A stretch of DNA of 64,000 bases, from NCBI RefSeq assembly GCF_009914755.1, contig NC_060925.1; one strand, 5' to 3'. The stretch is from the human T2T-CHM13v2.0 reference genome, Homo sapiens. This document shows positions 16,656-30,934 of the stretch, one piece after another; positions within the stretch are counted from its first letter, which is position 1, and each line of letters begins with the position of its first letter. Both the position numbers and the translations under genes were made by a program. The notes beneath the pieces are model-generated. The model worked only from the letters and a program-made list of their open reading frames with translations, had not been told where the DNA came from and made no database searches.

Positions 16656-17255
16656 TGAAGTCTTTTCCAAGAGTCACTCGGAGGCTTTCTGACCTGCTGA
16701 CCAGAAGGCAGCCCTGGAAGATCAAGCTTCTTTCCTACCTATCTTAAATCATCTTGTTCTTCTTAGCAGAGCCAGGGTGAGGAAGGCTGCTGCAGTGTCT
16801 AATGCACTCTGAAAATATATATCTTGGCTCTGCCCCAAATGCCTTGATATTTATGCTGCAGCCGGAGGGTCGTTATCCTTTGGCAATGCTCATTTGTAAG
16901 GCCATTAGCTCTTAATTAGTGCCGGCTTGTTGAGTTGTACTTCCCAGTTGAACTGCTAGCAGAAGCTGCTCTTTTGGGGCCTCTTGTGTCTCTCCTCTGG
17001 CAAGCCCATGAAGCATTGACCCGTGCCTGCTGAGGCCAAGAGTTGGGCCCCTGGAATGGCCGCTGCCCAATGTGAAACAGTCCTAGTCCCCAAATGCTAG
17101 GTTCTGGGACTCTGGAAGAACAGAGAAAGGCTCAGAATATACATCTTCAGGATTTTGTTGTTTTGTTTCACTGATAGAAAACAAAAAAGTGAGTCCTTGG
17201 TTATACAACCTCAACAGTTTTACAAGCAAATTCAAGTATCAGAAAAGTAAAGTTC

Positions 17256-17580
17256 GGCCGGGCGTGGTGGCTCATGCCTGTAATCTCAGCACTTTGGGAG
17301 GCCAAGGCAGGCAGATCATCTGAGGTCAGGAGTTCAAGATCGGCCTGGCCAACATGGTGAAACCCCATCTCTACTAAAAATACAAAAATTAACCGGGCGT
17401 GGTGGCACACGCCTGTAAACCCAGCTACTAGGGAGGCTGAGGCACAAGAATTGCTTGAGCTTGAGAGGCAGAGGTTGCAGTGAGTCAAGATTTACACCAG
17501 TGCACTCCAGCCTGGGCGACACAGTGAGACCCTGCCACAAAAAAAAAAAAAAAAAAAAAAAAAGGAAAAGAAAAGAAAAG
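17256..17580 (+). mobile_element. Alu (S-like)
   Basis: Full-length Alu with long A-tail. Confidence 0.93.
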
Positions 17581-18667
17581 TGTATTAACTTAGAGCTTCA
17601 TAGGCCAAGTTACCCTCAGTTTTCAGTCTAGGGTGTCTGGGAAATTCTTGGACAAGGATATAGCAAACTAGTGGGCTTGCTACCTGTAAAAATGGCTAGG
17701 AGACTCACCTCTGGGAACCCCAAGAAACTTTTCTTTATGGTCACCACTTCTAAGTGGGAAAAACAGTCGTATTAGTCTTGGCATGCATCTCACTGCTGGG
17801 TAGGAGCTCTTCAAAAAGATCCCCAGATTAAGCTTTGGAAAAATAACTAGAAGCATTTCGCTCCTTCCTATCACCAAATCCCTTGTGGTCTTCGGCATAT
17901 TCTGCTCAAGAAAATCTGAGAAGCACTTTTATGAGATGCTATTAATGGCCTCTAATTTTCAGCATGGTTTAGATAACTCAAGACTGCTGGCCGTGTCCTG
18001 AGAAGTGGATCCAGAACACACATTGATGTGGGAATTTAAAGTATAATTCCAAATTGTAGGTAATTGTTTAAGCTCTGAGGAGGCTGGAGGGCCTATATTA
18101 AGTCATCTCCCCAGGATCAGTGTGTTTCCTATTACACTCAATATCTATCTGTCCAGGGATCCTTTTGATTTTGAAGCCGTTAGACCAAATCTTTGTGTAA
18201 TTCTTTACTCCCTTCTCTCCTGCCTACCTCCCTCCTTTTTCTTTAAGAAAACACTTTTTAAAAACTTTATCCAGGTCCCTTGGTTTGTTTCCAGTAGAAT
18301 AATGTCATGTTAAAGAATCTGAAAAGTTAACTTCCCATCTAAAACCAACAGATCAGTGGAGCTCTGTCTGTCAGAAGTTCAGTCTTGCCCTAAGGGCATC
18401 CTCTGCCCAGCAAGACACTGAGATTTTCCTTGACCTCCTCCATCCCTCTTGCTCTTCTGTCTAGACTAGGAACAAAATCTTATTTCTAAAATAGAGATTC
18501 AGGCAAAGGTATGGAAGAAAGTCAGGGTGAATATCTTCTCAAGCAGCAGAGGAAGAACTAGTCAAAACCTTTAGCTATGTTTCCTTTTTTAGAGCCCCAG
18601 TTAGAAAAAGATAAGTCTATCACTCCCTCATCTTTGGGAAAAGCAATCCTTCCTACTCACTTTTTAA

Positions 18668-19327
<660 letters not shown>

Positions 19328-19521
19328 CCCTTCTAGATGCTTTAAAAGTCTATCTGAGAGACTTTAAAGTTGTCAGTTTTGCTTCTAGCTAGAGCTAGGG
19401 AAATCCCCAAGATGCCCAGTCACTGTGCCCAGGACCTGGGGACTCAGGTTTTGCTGTGTCCTCCCCACTCTCCTACGTCAAGAAAAGGCATGAACCAAAC
19501 CAAGTAGCTTATCTCTGAGTG

Positions 19522-19862
19522 CAGGGGTAGGCAAATTACAGCCCACAGGCCAAATCCCACCAGTTGCTGTTTTTATGTGGCCCAAAAGCTAAGAATGGTC
19601 TTTATGTTATTAAATGACCGACCAAATTCAAAATAAGAATAGTATTTTGTAACATGTGAAAATTATATGAAATTCAAACTTCTGGGTTCATAAATAAAGT
19701 TTTATTGGTTCACAGCCACACTATTTGTTTACATATGGTCTATGGCTGATTTTGCACTACAAAGGCAGAGATGAGTAGCCACGACAGACCACATATGGCC
19801 TGTGAAGCCTAAAATATTTACTACCTGGCCCTTTACAGAAAACACTTGCCTACAACCCCCTG
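19522..19862. mobile_element. MER58B-like hAT-Charlie MITE
   Basis: Terminal inverted repeats caggggt.ggcaa ... ttgcc...acccctg; internal ataaataaagttttattgg. Confidence 0.75.
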
Positions 19863-20649
19863 TGCTAGGGCACTGGTATGTGTTCTGATCATTGAAGAGA
19901 CAGGGAATTGACCATTCAATGACTATTTATTTGCCATTGCTCTCTGAGAGTGAACATTGCCCATCCCACTATAGAGGTATATTTCATTTTTTCTGCCCTG
20001 GGGATTCAAACGAGGGTCCACTCCTCACCTGATGTAGCTGATGCTTTCATAGACCAGCAGGGGGCTCTCTGCAGAGGTTTAAAATTCACAGAGAGAGAGC
20101 CGGTGCTAGAGGGCAAAAGCAAGTCTCAGGGGAGCAGCACTGACCTGTCAGTCCCCTAACTGAGCTCCAGGACTTTTTTTTTTTTTTTCCTGAGGCCAAA
20201 GGAGAAGGGAGCTTCAGGCAGAAATCCAAAGGGCTCCTTTGTCCGCAGTCTTTGTGAAAGCAACTTTGGTGACCTTGAAGCAAAGCACAACAGAAAGTAG
20301 AGGAGATGGTCCACTTGCCCGGCATGGTTCTGGTGCACCGTGGTCTCTAGGGGCTACACCCAGGGTGGGCAGCTTCAACTGTGTTGGAGGCAGCCCCTGC
20401 AGTGGGGCATGGGGCACACACTGGCAGGTGGTCTTGAGTAGCTTTGTGAGCAATGCATGCTGATGAGGGGCTCAAGAGGCAAGGCAGGGGTGGATGGATG
20501 TCCTTGCAGGCCCTATAGCGTTATTTGTAAGCACATATGATCCAACCCTCAGAATCCCCTCCTGCCAATAAATGAGACACTCACCAGGCTGCATATCATG
20601 GTACTAAGGTATGGAAAAGCACATGGAAAATGCAGGTTTTCAAATAGCT

Positions 20650-20850
20650 AAGTGGTAGCTGAGCCAGACTACCTGCGGTCCAATTCTGACCTCATTTATT
20701 TATTAGCTGTGTGTCCTTGGTCACATCCTTTTACCTCTTTGTGTCTCAGTTTCCTCATCTGTAAAATCGGCCTAATAATGGTATCCACCTCACAGGGCTG
20801 TGTTGAGGGTTAAATGAAGCAATGCAAGTAAAAGGCTTAGAATAGTGTAA
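20650..20850 (+). mobile_element. MIR
   Basis: ctcagtttcctcatctgtaaaat core. Confidence 0.75.
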
Positions 20851-23674
20851 GCACTGTGTCGATGTGTAGTACTGTAAGCATTATGTGTATGCGCATAGTG
20901 TAAGCACTATGAGAGTATTTCCAACTGTACCCACAGCCTCAAGAGACTTGGGAAAGAACAGGAATGCAATAATACATCCCACAGTCTCTGCTCTCAGGAG
21001 CTAACCTTAGGCTATGGGACACAGACATGGATGTCATAAAGGTGAAATAGTCCATAGAAACATACAGGAGGAGCAGCTACTGGGGAGGGGCCTCCTTCAC
21101 AGAGGAAGGGTAATTCCATCTAGGTATGAAATATGAGTAGAAGGTCTACAGATGAAAGCAGGGAGAAACACATTTTAGGTGGAGGGAACAGCATAGACGA
21201 AGGCATGGGAACTTGAATGTGTATTTGTATTGGGCACAGTGAGTAATTCTGAGTAGAAGAGTAGATGGGGCAGGGGATGGGGGTGGCAGGAGATGGGCCT
21301 GGAAATCTGGGTCGTCATCAACAGTTGTGGCCAAATGACAGAAAGATCGAGATTGCATTGCTTTTGGCCTGGTGCTCCACTGAACTTTGATGCTGGCCTC
21401 ATTTTGCCTCCTAGAAGGAAAAATGAGTAAGCACCATCAATAATTATCATCTCCAGGGCTAATATAAGAACATACCCATCCAAGAGGGACCACTTCATTC
21501 ATTCAATCAACAAACATCTAGCTTGTGATACCAAAAGACAAATGCAATTGGTCAAATATACAGGAAAAATATGGACTGGGCAAGCCATGGCTGTGAAGAA
21601 CCTGTGGCTACACAGCCAAAGGAAAGCAAAAAAAAGGAAGAGAAAGGAGAGTGACCGATGGGGTGCTACAGGCCGTCTGGGAGAGCAGAGAAGCCAGTCA
21701 GCCAGCATGGAGAGAGATCAGGAGGATCAGAAGGGTGAAACAGGTTTGAAAAAAGTGGGAGAAAAAAAGAGGGAAACAGAAGGGTAAACCATGGGAATGC
21801 GATGAAAATGTGTTTGTGAAAAATTGAGGTGCAATGTCTGTGGACGTTTTGTTGGTTTGGTGGTGGGAAAAGAATTGTAACTATGTGTGGTAGGCAAATA
21901 CCTCGTACAGTAAAATACCTTGTGAGAATGAATGTGCGGGCATGAGAGAAATCAAGCACAGTCTATCAGCAATGGTCCTGCCCTTGGGAGAAAGGCCAAG
22001 TATATATTCAAGGCAATTGTTGCCAGAGTCTGCAAGCCCCTGGGGCATATCCGAAGTCTGAGCCAGACGGGTTATGTGTATCTCAACCTGGAACAGGCAG
22101 CTTTTTATCAGACTTTTCTGTCCAAAGTAGGGAGGCGCTGCTGCACTCCTCCACGCTGAGCCCAGCCCTGGAGGTAGCTGGGCAGGCTGAGTTTCTACTC
22201 TGGGGCCCACAAAGAGGTGGCTCCAGCTTCAGGCCCAACCCAGGGCAGTGCTCACATTGGGCTTGCCGCGCCATTGGCTCCTGAGGCCCAAGGTGCGCCA
22301 AGGGCAGTCCAATACCCTTTAGGGTGTGGTTTCCTCATGCCCCAGGCAGCAAGGAGTGTAGCAACGAGACACTGGCTCAAATCGGGAACCATTATCCATA
22401 TGTAAAGCCCTCAGAGATAAATCTGATGGGAACGATGATCAGATTAAAATGTTGAGTTCTGTCATCATGAGCCTGCTAGTCACTTGGCCTCAGCACCGAG
22501 TCCTCCCTCTTCAAGTCCTCCAAGATGAGACAGTGGAGTTCAACTGCCTGAATGGCCATCCTGACATCCCCATGGGGCAGGCTTGGGTCAGCAGGGCCAC
22601 AGCTCACTGCCTCACCCACCCAACCGCCACAGCCTCTTCCCATCTCAGTGTCCTGCTCCAGTTCCAAATCCTTAGGAGAATACTTTCCATGGTCCCTGGG
22701 ATTGTGACACCCTCATCGTCACACATTTGCCAAGCGAGCCTTCCAGGACTGGCCCAGGAAAGCCAGTTCCTTTGTTCCTTGCGCTGCCAGCTCATTTGAC
22801 AGGCTTGGATCTGACCTGGCTGTTGCAGCATCACCTATCCCCCTCTTCTGCCCCCAAGTCCCTGTCCCTCCCCTACTCCCCGCTTCTGTTCCCCTGCCCT
22901 GAAGGCTGCCAGTTTATTCCTTTTGGAGATGAACTCATTGTTGACTTTAACTCACTTCGATGTTTCCCAGGGAAGCATTCTGGCGGGAGGCCCACCGCAG
23001 CTCCTTGAAGAAGACAGCCAGGCGAGGGCCAAGACTGGGTGCCAGGGGCCTTGGAACTGCCAAAATGCCTCCCATTTTATGGACAGGCCTGGCTCACCCT
23101 GAAGACATTCCAAGTATTTAATCAGCAGTCCATGGTACATATTGGGTTGCAGAGGGAGCCCTCAGAAGCTGGACTTTTAGGAGACAAAACTCAGCCAGAG
23201 GAAGGAGCTGGCCTTCTACATGGACCAGGCTGATGCTCAACAGATGGAAAAAGTGCATCCCAATAACAAGGATCAATAACCGAAGGCTGACAGCTGCAGA
23301 GACCTGGCCTGAGAGGCCCCTAAGGACTCAGTTCTGCCTCTTTCCCACACCAGACTGAGTCCAGCCAGGAATCCATCTCACCCACCTCCCTGCACCAAGC
23401 TCCGGGAGAGCGAACAAGCGAGGGAGGAACCATTTTTCACATACTTTCTCTTTCAAAATGTAGCCCTGTTTCGCAATTTCCTACTTAAGTTCTGGAAGGC
23501 TCTAGGGCAGAACCCAAGACACCTTCTCTAGCCACTGGCCTGGGTCTCTCGTCACCAAGAACCTGGTAGGCTAGCGGTGACGGAGAAAGGAAGGGGCCCA
23601 GATTTACGAACTCTCCCACTGTCCCCATCCATGCCAGCTCACCCAAGGGTCTATTTAGTGCAGGTCACTCTCTC

Positions 23675-23805
23675 TCTGTCTTTTTGTAGAGACAGGGTCT
23701 CAGTATGTTGCCCAGACTGGTCTTGAACTCCTGGCCTCAAGCTGTCCTCCTGCCTCAGCCTCCCAAAGTGCTGGGATTAGAGGCATGAGCCGCCACGCCC
23801 GGCCT
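23675..23805 (-). mobile_element. Alu monomer (FLAM-like)
   Basis: Antisense left-arm Alu motifs only. Confidence 0.85.
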
Positions 23806-25133
23806 CACATTCTTGATGCTAAAGGAGCTTCAACCAAGCCTCCAGCCAAAACCTGTTTATTGTTCCCCGTGTGTTGGCTTTCTCTTGGGAGAGCCAGAAG
23901 GTGCGCCACACCAAAGCAGGTGCACCCAACCCTGGTATGCTCACGTCTCAGCAACCCCTGAGGACCTAATCTTCAGATCTTCTCTACTCCCCTATAACTA
24001 GGCTTTTGTTCTGGCTCACTTTTACTGGCAGTACTAGACAGTATTCCAGACCTTTTGCAATGAATCCATTTAGTCCTTAAAAATGAAACCTGTTCCCTCT
24101 GATTGTTTTCCTCCCACCTTATCACTGTTCACTTGGGTTTCCACCTGTTGCCCATTTAAATCTGGTCTGGACCACAGCTGGAGAAGTGAGACGTGAAAAG
24201 CCAGCACCTGGGTTGCTGGCCCTGCATCAGGGACTTGTAATAGAGCCCAAGAAGCTGACCCTTTTCCTAAATTCCCTCTCAGTCCTCCTACACCAAACCA
24301 AACAAACCAGAAAGAAAAAAATCCCCACTTAAGTAAACAAATCCGGAAAACACAACCCCATCACCCAAAATATTGAAATGGAAAACAAATCTACACTCTG
24401 GAGATTTGATCTGAAACATACCAGAGCTGGAACTGTGTACGGTGGCCAGAAATGTGTTAGTCTGGGCAAATCTGTGGCCCCGTAGAGGAAAAAGCTAACA
24501 TTTTCCAAATAACAATGTGGGCACGTAACAACTACATACAATCATGTGCTGTTGTTGCCTAAACCTGGGAATAGGGTTAGGCAGCTCCATATCTTGACAT
24601 AGATTCCCTCTCTCCAGCACTCAGTCATCCTAAAAAGCACAAGGTGTGATGTCTGGACCAACTCTGGGCTGCTCTCAGCCCTTATGGTCTCTGCCTCAGG
24701 TGGGCTGCTTCTAGGGTTGTGAGCAGGTTTTGAAACACACACCCCTCTCCAGCTAAAGACAGGACAGAGTGAGACAGGAGTAGGTCCAGGTGGGGCTAAT
24801 TGTTTTTTAGGAATGTACTGGGATCGCATCTGAAAGCACCCAGTGTATCAGTATCAGATGATCTTGCCAGTAATTCTGCAGATGTAGAAGCTCAAGTGTG
24901 GGGTGTACATCAGTGGATTCAGGACTTCCTGAAACCCATACTGTGTTCCTTATCTTAGCTGCCTAGGGCCTCAAGAGCAGCTTTAGGTGGCTCAAAGATG
25001 CGATGCAGAGAAGCGGGATGGCTCAGAGCATCACAGAGTTGATGGCAGGAGATACAGGAGGATCCAGCTCATTCTTTGATGTTGCTAAGATTCTGGATTT
25101 CTGCTTTGATGTTGGTGTAGAGGAAAGCTTATG

Positions 25134-25295
25134 ACAGTGCTTCTCAAATTGTTAAATATCTGCACAAATTTACTAAGGGATCTTCTTACAAGGCAGAATC
25201 AGATTCTTTAGGTCTGGGTAAGGCCAGAGATTCTGTATTTTTAGCAGCTTCCAGATGAGGCCAAGATCGCTGGTCCATGGCCACACTTTGAGGAG
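25134..25295. mobile_element. MER5A/B-like MITE
   Basis: cagtgcttctcaaa ... ccacactttgaggagca termini. Confidence 0.75.
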
Positions 25296-26936
25296 CAAGA
25301 GCCTAAGGGTCAGGGACAAATCAGAGACAAAGACAGCCAAGACATACTGGGACTGAGGATTGATGCCCCAAAGTGAGAAACAGAAGGACAAAGAGAATCA
25401 ATGGTGCACAAAAATAGAGTCAGAGGCTGAAGTGGGAACAGAGAAGGTCAGGGTGACAAAAAGAGGGACCGAGAAGACAGAGTTAGAGACGCAGAGAGGG
25501 GCAAAGGCAGAGGGAACACAGAGATGGAAGATGGATGGCACAGAGAGACTTGCAAAAACACAGCCAGGGTCAAGGAGAGGAGACAAGGTAAAGAGTGAGT
25601 GAAGAGGGGCTGGAGCTGGCTGTGGGCGGTCTGTGACTGGCAGTGAAGATCACAGGTGTAGACGGGACAAGACCTGCAGGTGCACAGACATGAAATCCCC
25701 CACCTTCCTCACCTCCCAGGCTTCCCGCACCTGCATCACTCTCTCCTTGCTCTTGCAGAGCCATCCCTCCCCATGGAACCTTCCACTACTGATTTCCCCT
25801 TCTCTTGCCTGTGTACTCAACTGCTTTCTCTTAAGTGCACCCCTCCCAGAAGGTTTTAAATACCATCAAGTCTTTCCCATCTAAAGAAAAAAGGTCTCTC
25901 TTGACTCATATTTCTTTCTAGCTCCTGTCCTATTTCTCTTCCTCTTTTTCACAGCTAAGGAATTGTCTGTTTCCATCACCCTCCCCAAACACTGCTGCTA
26001 AGCTTCTGTTGGCACACGTTGCTGAGTCCAATGGTCACTTTCCAGTCCTCTTTTGCTTGATCTCTCCCTCCTTCTTGCTAGCTTCTGGGACCTGATATTC
26101 CCCTGGGTTTCCTCTTGCCTGCTCCTTCTTTAACTCACCGTTTGTGATCTGATCTTTATATTTAGAGGGACTTTATATTAGAGCTGGGCCCAGACTCCTC
26201 TCTTCAACCAGTGCTGTCTTTTCAGTTGAGCTCTTCCAAACCCACAGCCTCAATTGCCTTCTGTACACCAGTTTACATTCCATCCCAAACTCCGCCTGTA
26301 CAACTAAACTTGTGTTTATGTCTAAGCAATGTCTGCTCACCATCTTTACCAGGATGTCTCAGAGGTACTACAAACTCAACGTGGTCGAAAGCAGATTTAT
26401 GTTCTTCCTTCTTCTCCCAAACTGGTCTTCCTCGCAGGTTTCCCACCTCAGAACACAGCACTGTCATCTGTCTGGGTGTTTGAGTCAGAAAAAGAGATTT
26501 CATCCTTGATAACTCCTCCCCGTCTCTCCCCTCTTCCACATCCAATGCATCACCAAATTCTGTCAACTTTATGCCCCAAATACCTTTTGATTTTGCTCAC
26601 TTCTCTCCATTTCCACTGCCACCACCCTAGTTCAAATCTCCAACATCTCTCACCTAGATGACAGCAACAGCCTCCTAAGCAACCCCTCCCTAATCTGTCT
26701 TTCAAGCTACAGACAAAATGATCTTTGCAAAATGCAAATCTGCTTGTTTTGGCCTACTGCTTAAAACCCTTCAGTAGCCTCCTTTGGCTCTGAGAATAAA
26801 GGGCCAACTCCAGGCAATCTTTCTAGAATCATCTGAACTCATTTGCCCTCGAGACCTTCCAGCTATACTGGCTTTCTTTCAGTTCCTTGGCCAAACTATT
26901 TTCTGTCACAGGACAATTGCATATGCATGTCTGTAG

Positions 26937-28029
<1,093 letters not shown>

Positions 28030-28111
28030 TCTGTCTTAAATCCTTCTACCCATCCTTCAGAGTTAGGCTCAAATATCACATCCTCTGAGACACCTCCCTG
28101 AGAGAAAGTAT

Positions 28112-28133
28112 TTTATTTTTATTCTGCTTTATT
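28112..28133 (-). terminator. RSPO1: RSPO1 polyadenylation signals (three AATAAA)
   Basis: TTTATT on + at 28112-28117, 28118-28123 and 28128-28133. Confidence 0.75.
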
Positions 28134-28553
28134 CACTTTCATAGCTAAGCATAGATGCCAGTGGTCACCTGCCCTTGGCACCATCCTTTTGTAGTTATAT
28201 ATGTGTTTGTACGATTCCTTGGTGCATGCCTATTTTCTTCCCCACCAACCTCTAAGCTCCACAAGAGCAAGGCCCGTGTTTGGCTCCTCCCTGGAAACCT
28301 AGCACCTAGTCCAGAGCCTGGCACACACTTCAGAATGCCACAAGGAGTTATTCCATCCACTGCCCTGCCTTTGGGCAGGATTGTCCCCAACCATCACTGG
28401 AAGCCTACGCACTCCCTTCCCCTGGCAGTGCCACTAGCCCTTCAGTATATAGATTCTGCCTCTCCCAGATGGAAAGTCCTCCTTTATAGCTGACCAGAAT
28501 CCCTCCTGCTGCAAGATGGCCGGGGCCCTTTCTCCCGTCCTTTAAGGGGAATT

Positions 28554-28712
28554 ACAGCAGCACTTCTCAAATTTGGGTAACATGCCAATCATCAGGAATC
28601 TTAAAATTTAGACTCTGGCTCACCAGGTCTGGAATGAGACCTGAGATTCTCATTCCTAACAAGCTGCCCTGTGACAACACTGCTGCCGGGCCATGCTCTG
28701 AGTAACAAGGAT
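28554..28712. mobile_element. MER5-like MITE in the RSPO1 3' UTR
   Basis: cagcacttctcaaa ... ctctgagtaacaagg. Confidence 0.6.
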
Positions 28713-29246
28713 ATAGACAGCCTGTTTACCACCGTCAGAGCAGCCCCTAAGTTTTCTTCCTTGTCTGCATGACCCTCTACTGAGCAGGCTATTTGGGGTC
28801 TCTTGAAATTCCCTGTCCCTTCTTGCTCCTACGCATACCTCGCCAAACCCTCACACCCTGCAAAGGAATGTGGTGCCTGTGTCTACTGCTGTCGTTGATT
28901 TTTTTGTTTTAATTTGAAATAAACCTTTAAGCAGTTTTCAAAGTCAGGTTAACCCTGATATGTATCCTGGAAGGGTAACAATACTCTCCAACGATAAAGT
29001 CACACAGCTGGGAGTGCTGAACAGGATGGGAAGAAGGTTTCTTCCCAGGTCACCAGCAGTCCTCAAGCTTGGCTCCCATCTGCCACAGTGGCTGGTCCGA
29101 TCCCAGCAGCTTCTCCAGAAGGCTCCCCTCTGCAGTTTGGTCTCAGATGCTGGGAAGTGTTGTCTCTGACATGTCCACTGGGAGCTCTGGAAACCAAGTG
29201 TGTACTGCTGGGCCCGAGGGATGGAAGTGTCTTCTGGTGGCCTCAG

Positions 29247-29279
<33 letters not shown>

Positions 29280-29410
29280 TGTGTGGTGTCTGTGTCTGCG
29301 TGTGTACATGAACACACATGTGCAAGTATGTATGGTTGTATATGTGGACAGGGGTTTGAGCGTGTGTGTCTTGTGTCTATGTATGCATGGATGGATTGGA
29401 GTGTGTGTGT
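29247..29410. repeat. (GT)n/(CA)n microsatellite with degenerate extension in the RSPO1 3' UTR
   Basis: Near-perfect GT run 29247-29285 followed by degenerate TG-rich sequence. Confidence 0.95.
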
Positions 29411-29505
29411 ATGCTTTGCCCCCGACGTTCCAGTTCAGGAAAGCTTGAATCACGCAGAGTAGCACTGAACTCTTTCTGCATGGGCCTGGAGGCTGGACAG
29501 TGTCC

Positions 29506-29672
29506 CTAGGCAGGCCCTGCAGATGTGAGTGGCCCCACTGTCCCTTGCTGCTGCTGCTGTTGCTGCCCCTTGCGTCTTCGAGAGCCAGCACCCGCCTCCT
29601 TGCTCTCCTTCCTGGCCAGGTTCCTGTTGGCATTCTCCCGCCGGCCCTGGCCTCCCTTCCTCCTCTTCTGCC
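29506..29672 (-). CDS. RSPO1: RSPO1 last coding exon: basic tail with Q7 tract, ends GPA-stop
   Basis: tttcag| acceptor, TAG at 29508-29506; total CDS 792 nt = 263 aa + stop. Confidence 0.98.
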
Positions 29673-30454
29673 CTGAAACAACCAAACAGCAGGAAGAATC
29701 AACAAAGGTTGTGCAGGGAGGCCCTGGGCATGGCCACAGGCCCTAGGAGGGGAGTGTGAGGAAGCCGGAAGGGGAGGCAGGGAGGAGGCTGGAGATGCTG
29801 CCTCTAGGTAGTTGGGTCATCGTGACCTCCTCTGACAGCAGCCACTTCAGAGGACCCCGAGGCTTGAGTACTGGGAGGCAGCCCAAGAGCCCTTTCACTC
29901 CCCAACCCTCAAGGCACACAAGACATCATCCTCTTCCTCATGGATTCCTCAGACCTTGGATCCCAATGGACCAAGAGCACTTCCCAGGTATTCAGTGCAA
30001 CTCTCAGAACAGGCAGGACTGCCCCCATCCCCTATCCGCCACCAGCCACCTCTGGGGCCAGGCAAGAGCAGCAGCCAACCCCTTGCCAACTGCAGGCTGT
30101 GTGACTTTGGTGGAATCACTACACCCCTCTGGGTCTTAGTGCCCCTTTTCACCCACCCATCCTGCCTCCGAGGGGCCTTCTAGTATGAACATCCACTAGC
30201 TCAGAAGAAATGGGGGAACCGGAAGGATGTTGACCACAGAAGCTTCCAGCTTCCACTATGCAGAGTTCTGAGGCCCTGTTCTCTGCCAGGACATGGCATC
30301 TGGATTGGACAGCATGAGGTCTTGAGTTGCGGGTGCCCCATCTGGCCTTGCCCTGAAGCTTCTTCCTGAGCCGTGGGCAGGAAGCAGAGGTGGCAGGACC
30401 TGTCATGGCTGGTGCCTGAGCCCTGACCCCAGGGAGGCAGAGGCTGCAGCTCAC

Positions 30455-30643
30455 CCTCAGGACACGGCACTCTCCTCACTGTGCACCTCCGGGTCTCCTT
30501 GGTGTCAGAGCAGGCAGCATGGTCCCCCACAGGGGCATGTAGCACCCTGCGTGTCCGCTCCTCGGAGCCCCTCCGGAAACCACAGAGCTGCTGCTTCTTG
30601 GAGCAGGGCCCCCACGGAGACCACTCGCTCATTTCACATTGCG
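30455..30643 (-). CDS. RSPO1: RSPO1 thrombospondin type-1 exon (AQCEMSEWSPWGPC...VPCPE)
   Basis: gccag| acceptor, AGG|GTGAG donor, 189 nt; WSPWGPC TSR motif. Confidence 0.98.
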
Positions 30644-30934
30644 CTGGCAGGAAGAGAAGGGAAGGGAGAGAAGGACAAGGAGGAGGGGATCATGTCTCCT
30701 CCTCTGGCCCAGAATAGCCCAGGGGAGCATCTCCCACTTTCCTTCTGCCTGGACCTGAGGCTGCAGGTATCTTTAGTCCAGAGGGCAGAAAAGTCCTTGG
30801 AGACTCAGAAAGGAGTGGTAGGGTAAGCTCTCCCTGCACAGTGCCCCAGCCCACCCGCTCTCTTGCCAGACCCTTACCCGGCCCCTCCTTCTGGGGTCCT
30901 GGACCCTCTGCCCACAGTGCCTGCCATGGCTTAC

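Larger units (their letters stand above)
28090..29505 (-). other. RSPO1: RSPO1 3' UTR (~1.4 kb)
   Basis: From the stop codon to the AATAAA cluster at 28112-28133. Confidence 0.75.

Noticed and set aside
29069-29462. Plus-strand ORFs with CVCVCV runs
   Set aside because: Translations of the GT microsatellite, antisense to the RSPO1 3' UTR.
29545-29565. CAG/CAA tract as an expansion-prone polyQ
   Set aside because: Only 7 codons, interrupted by CAA; the longest pure run is four CAG.
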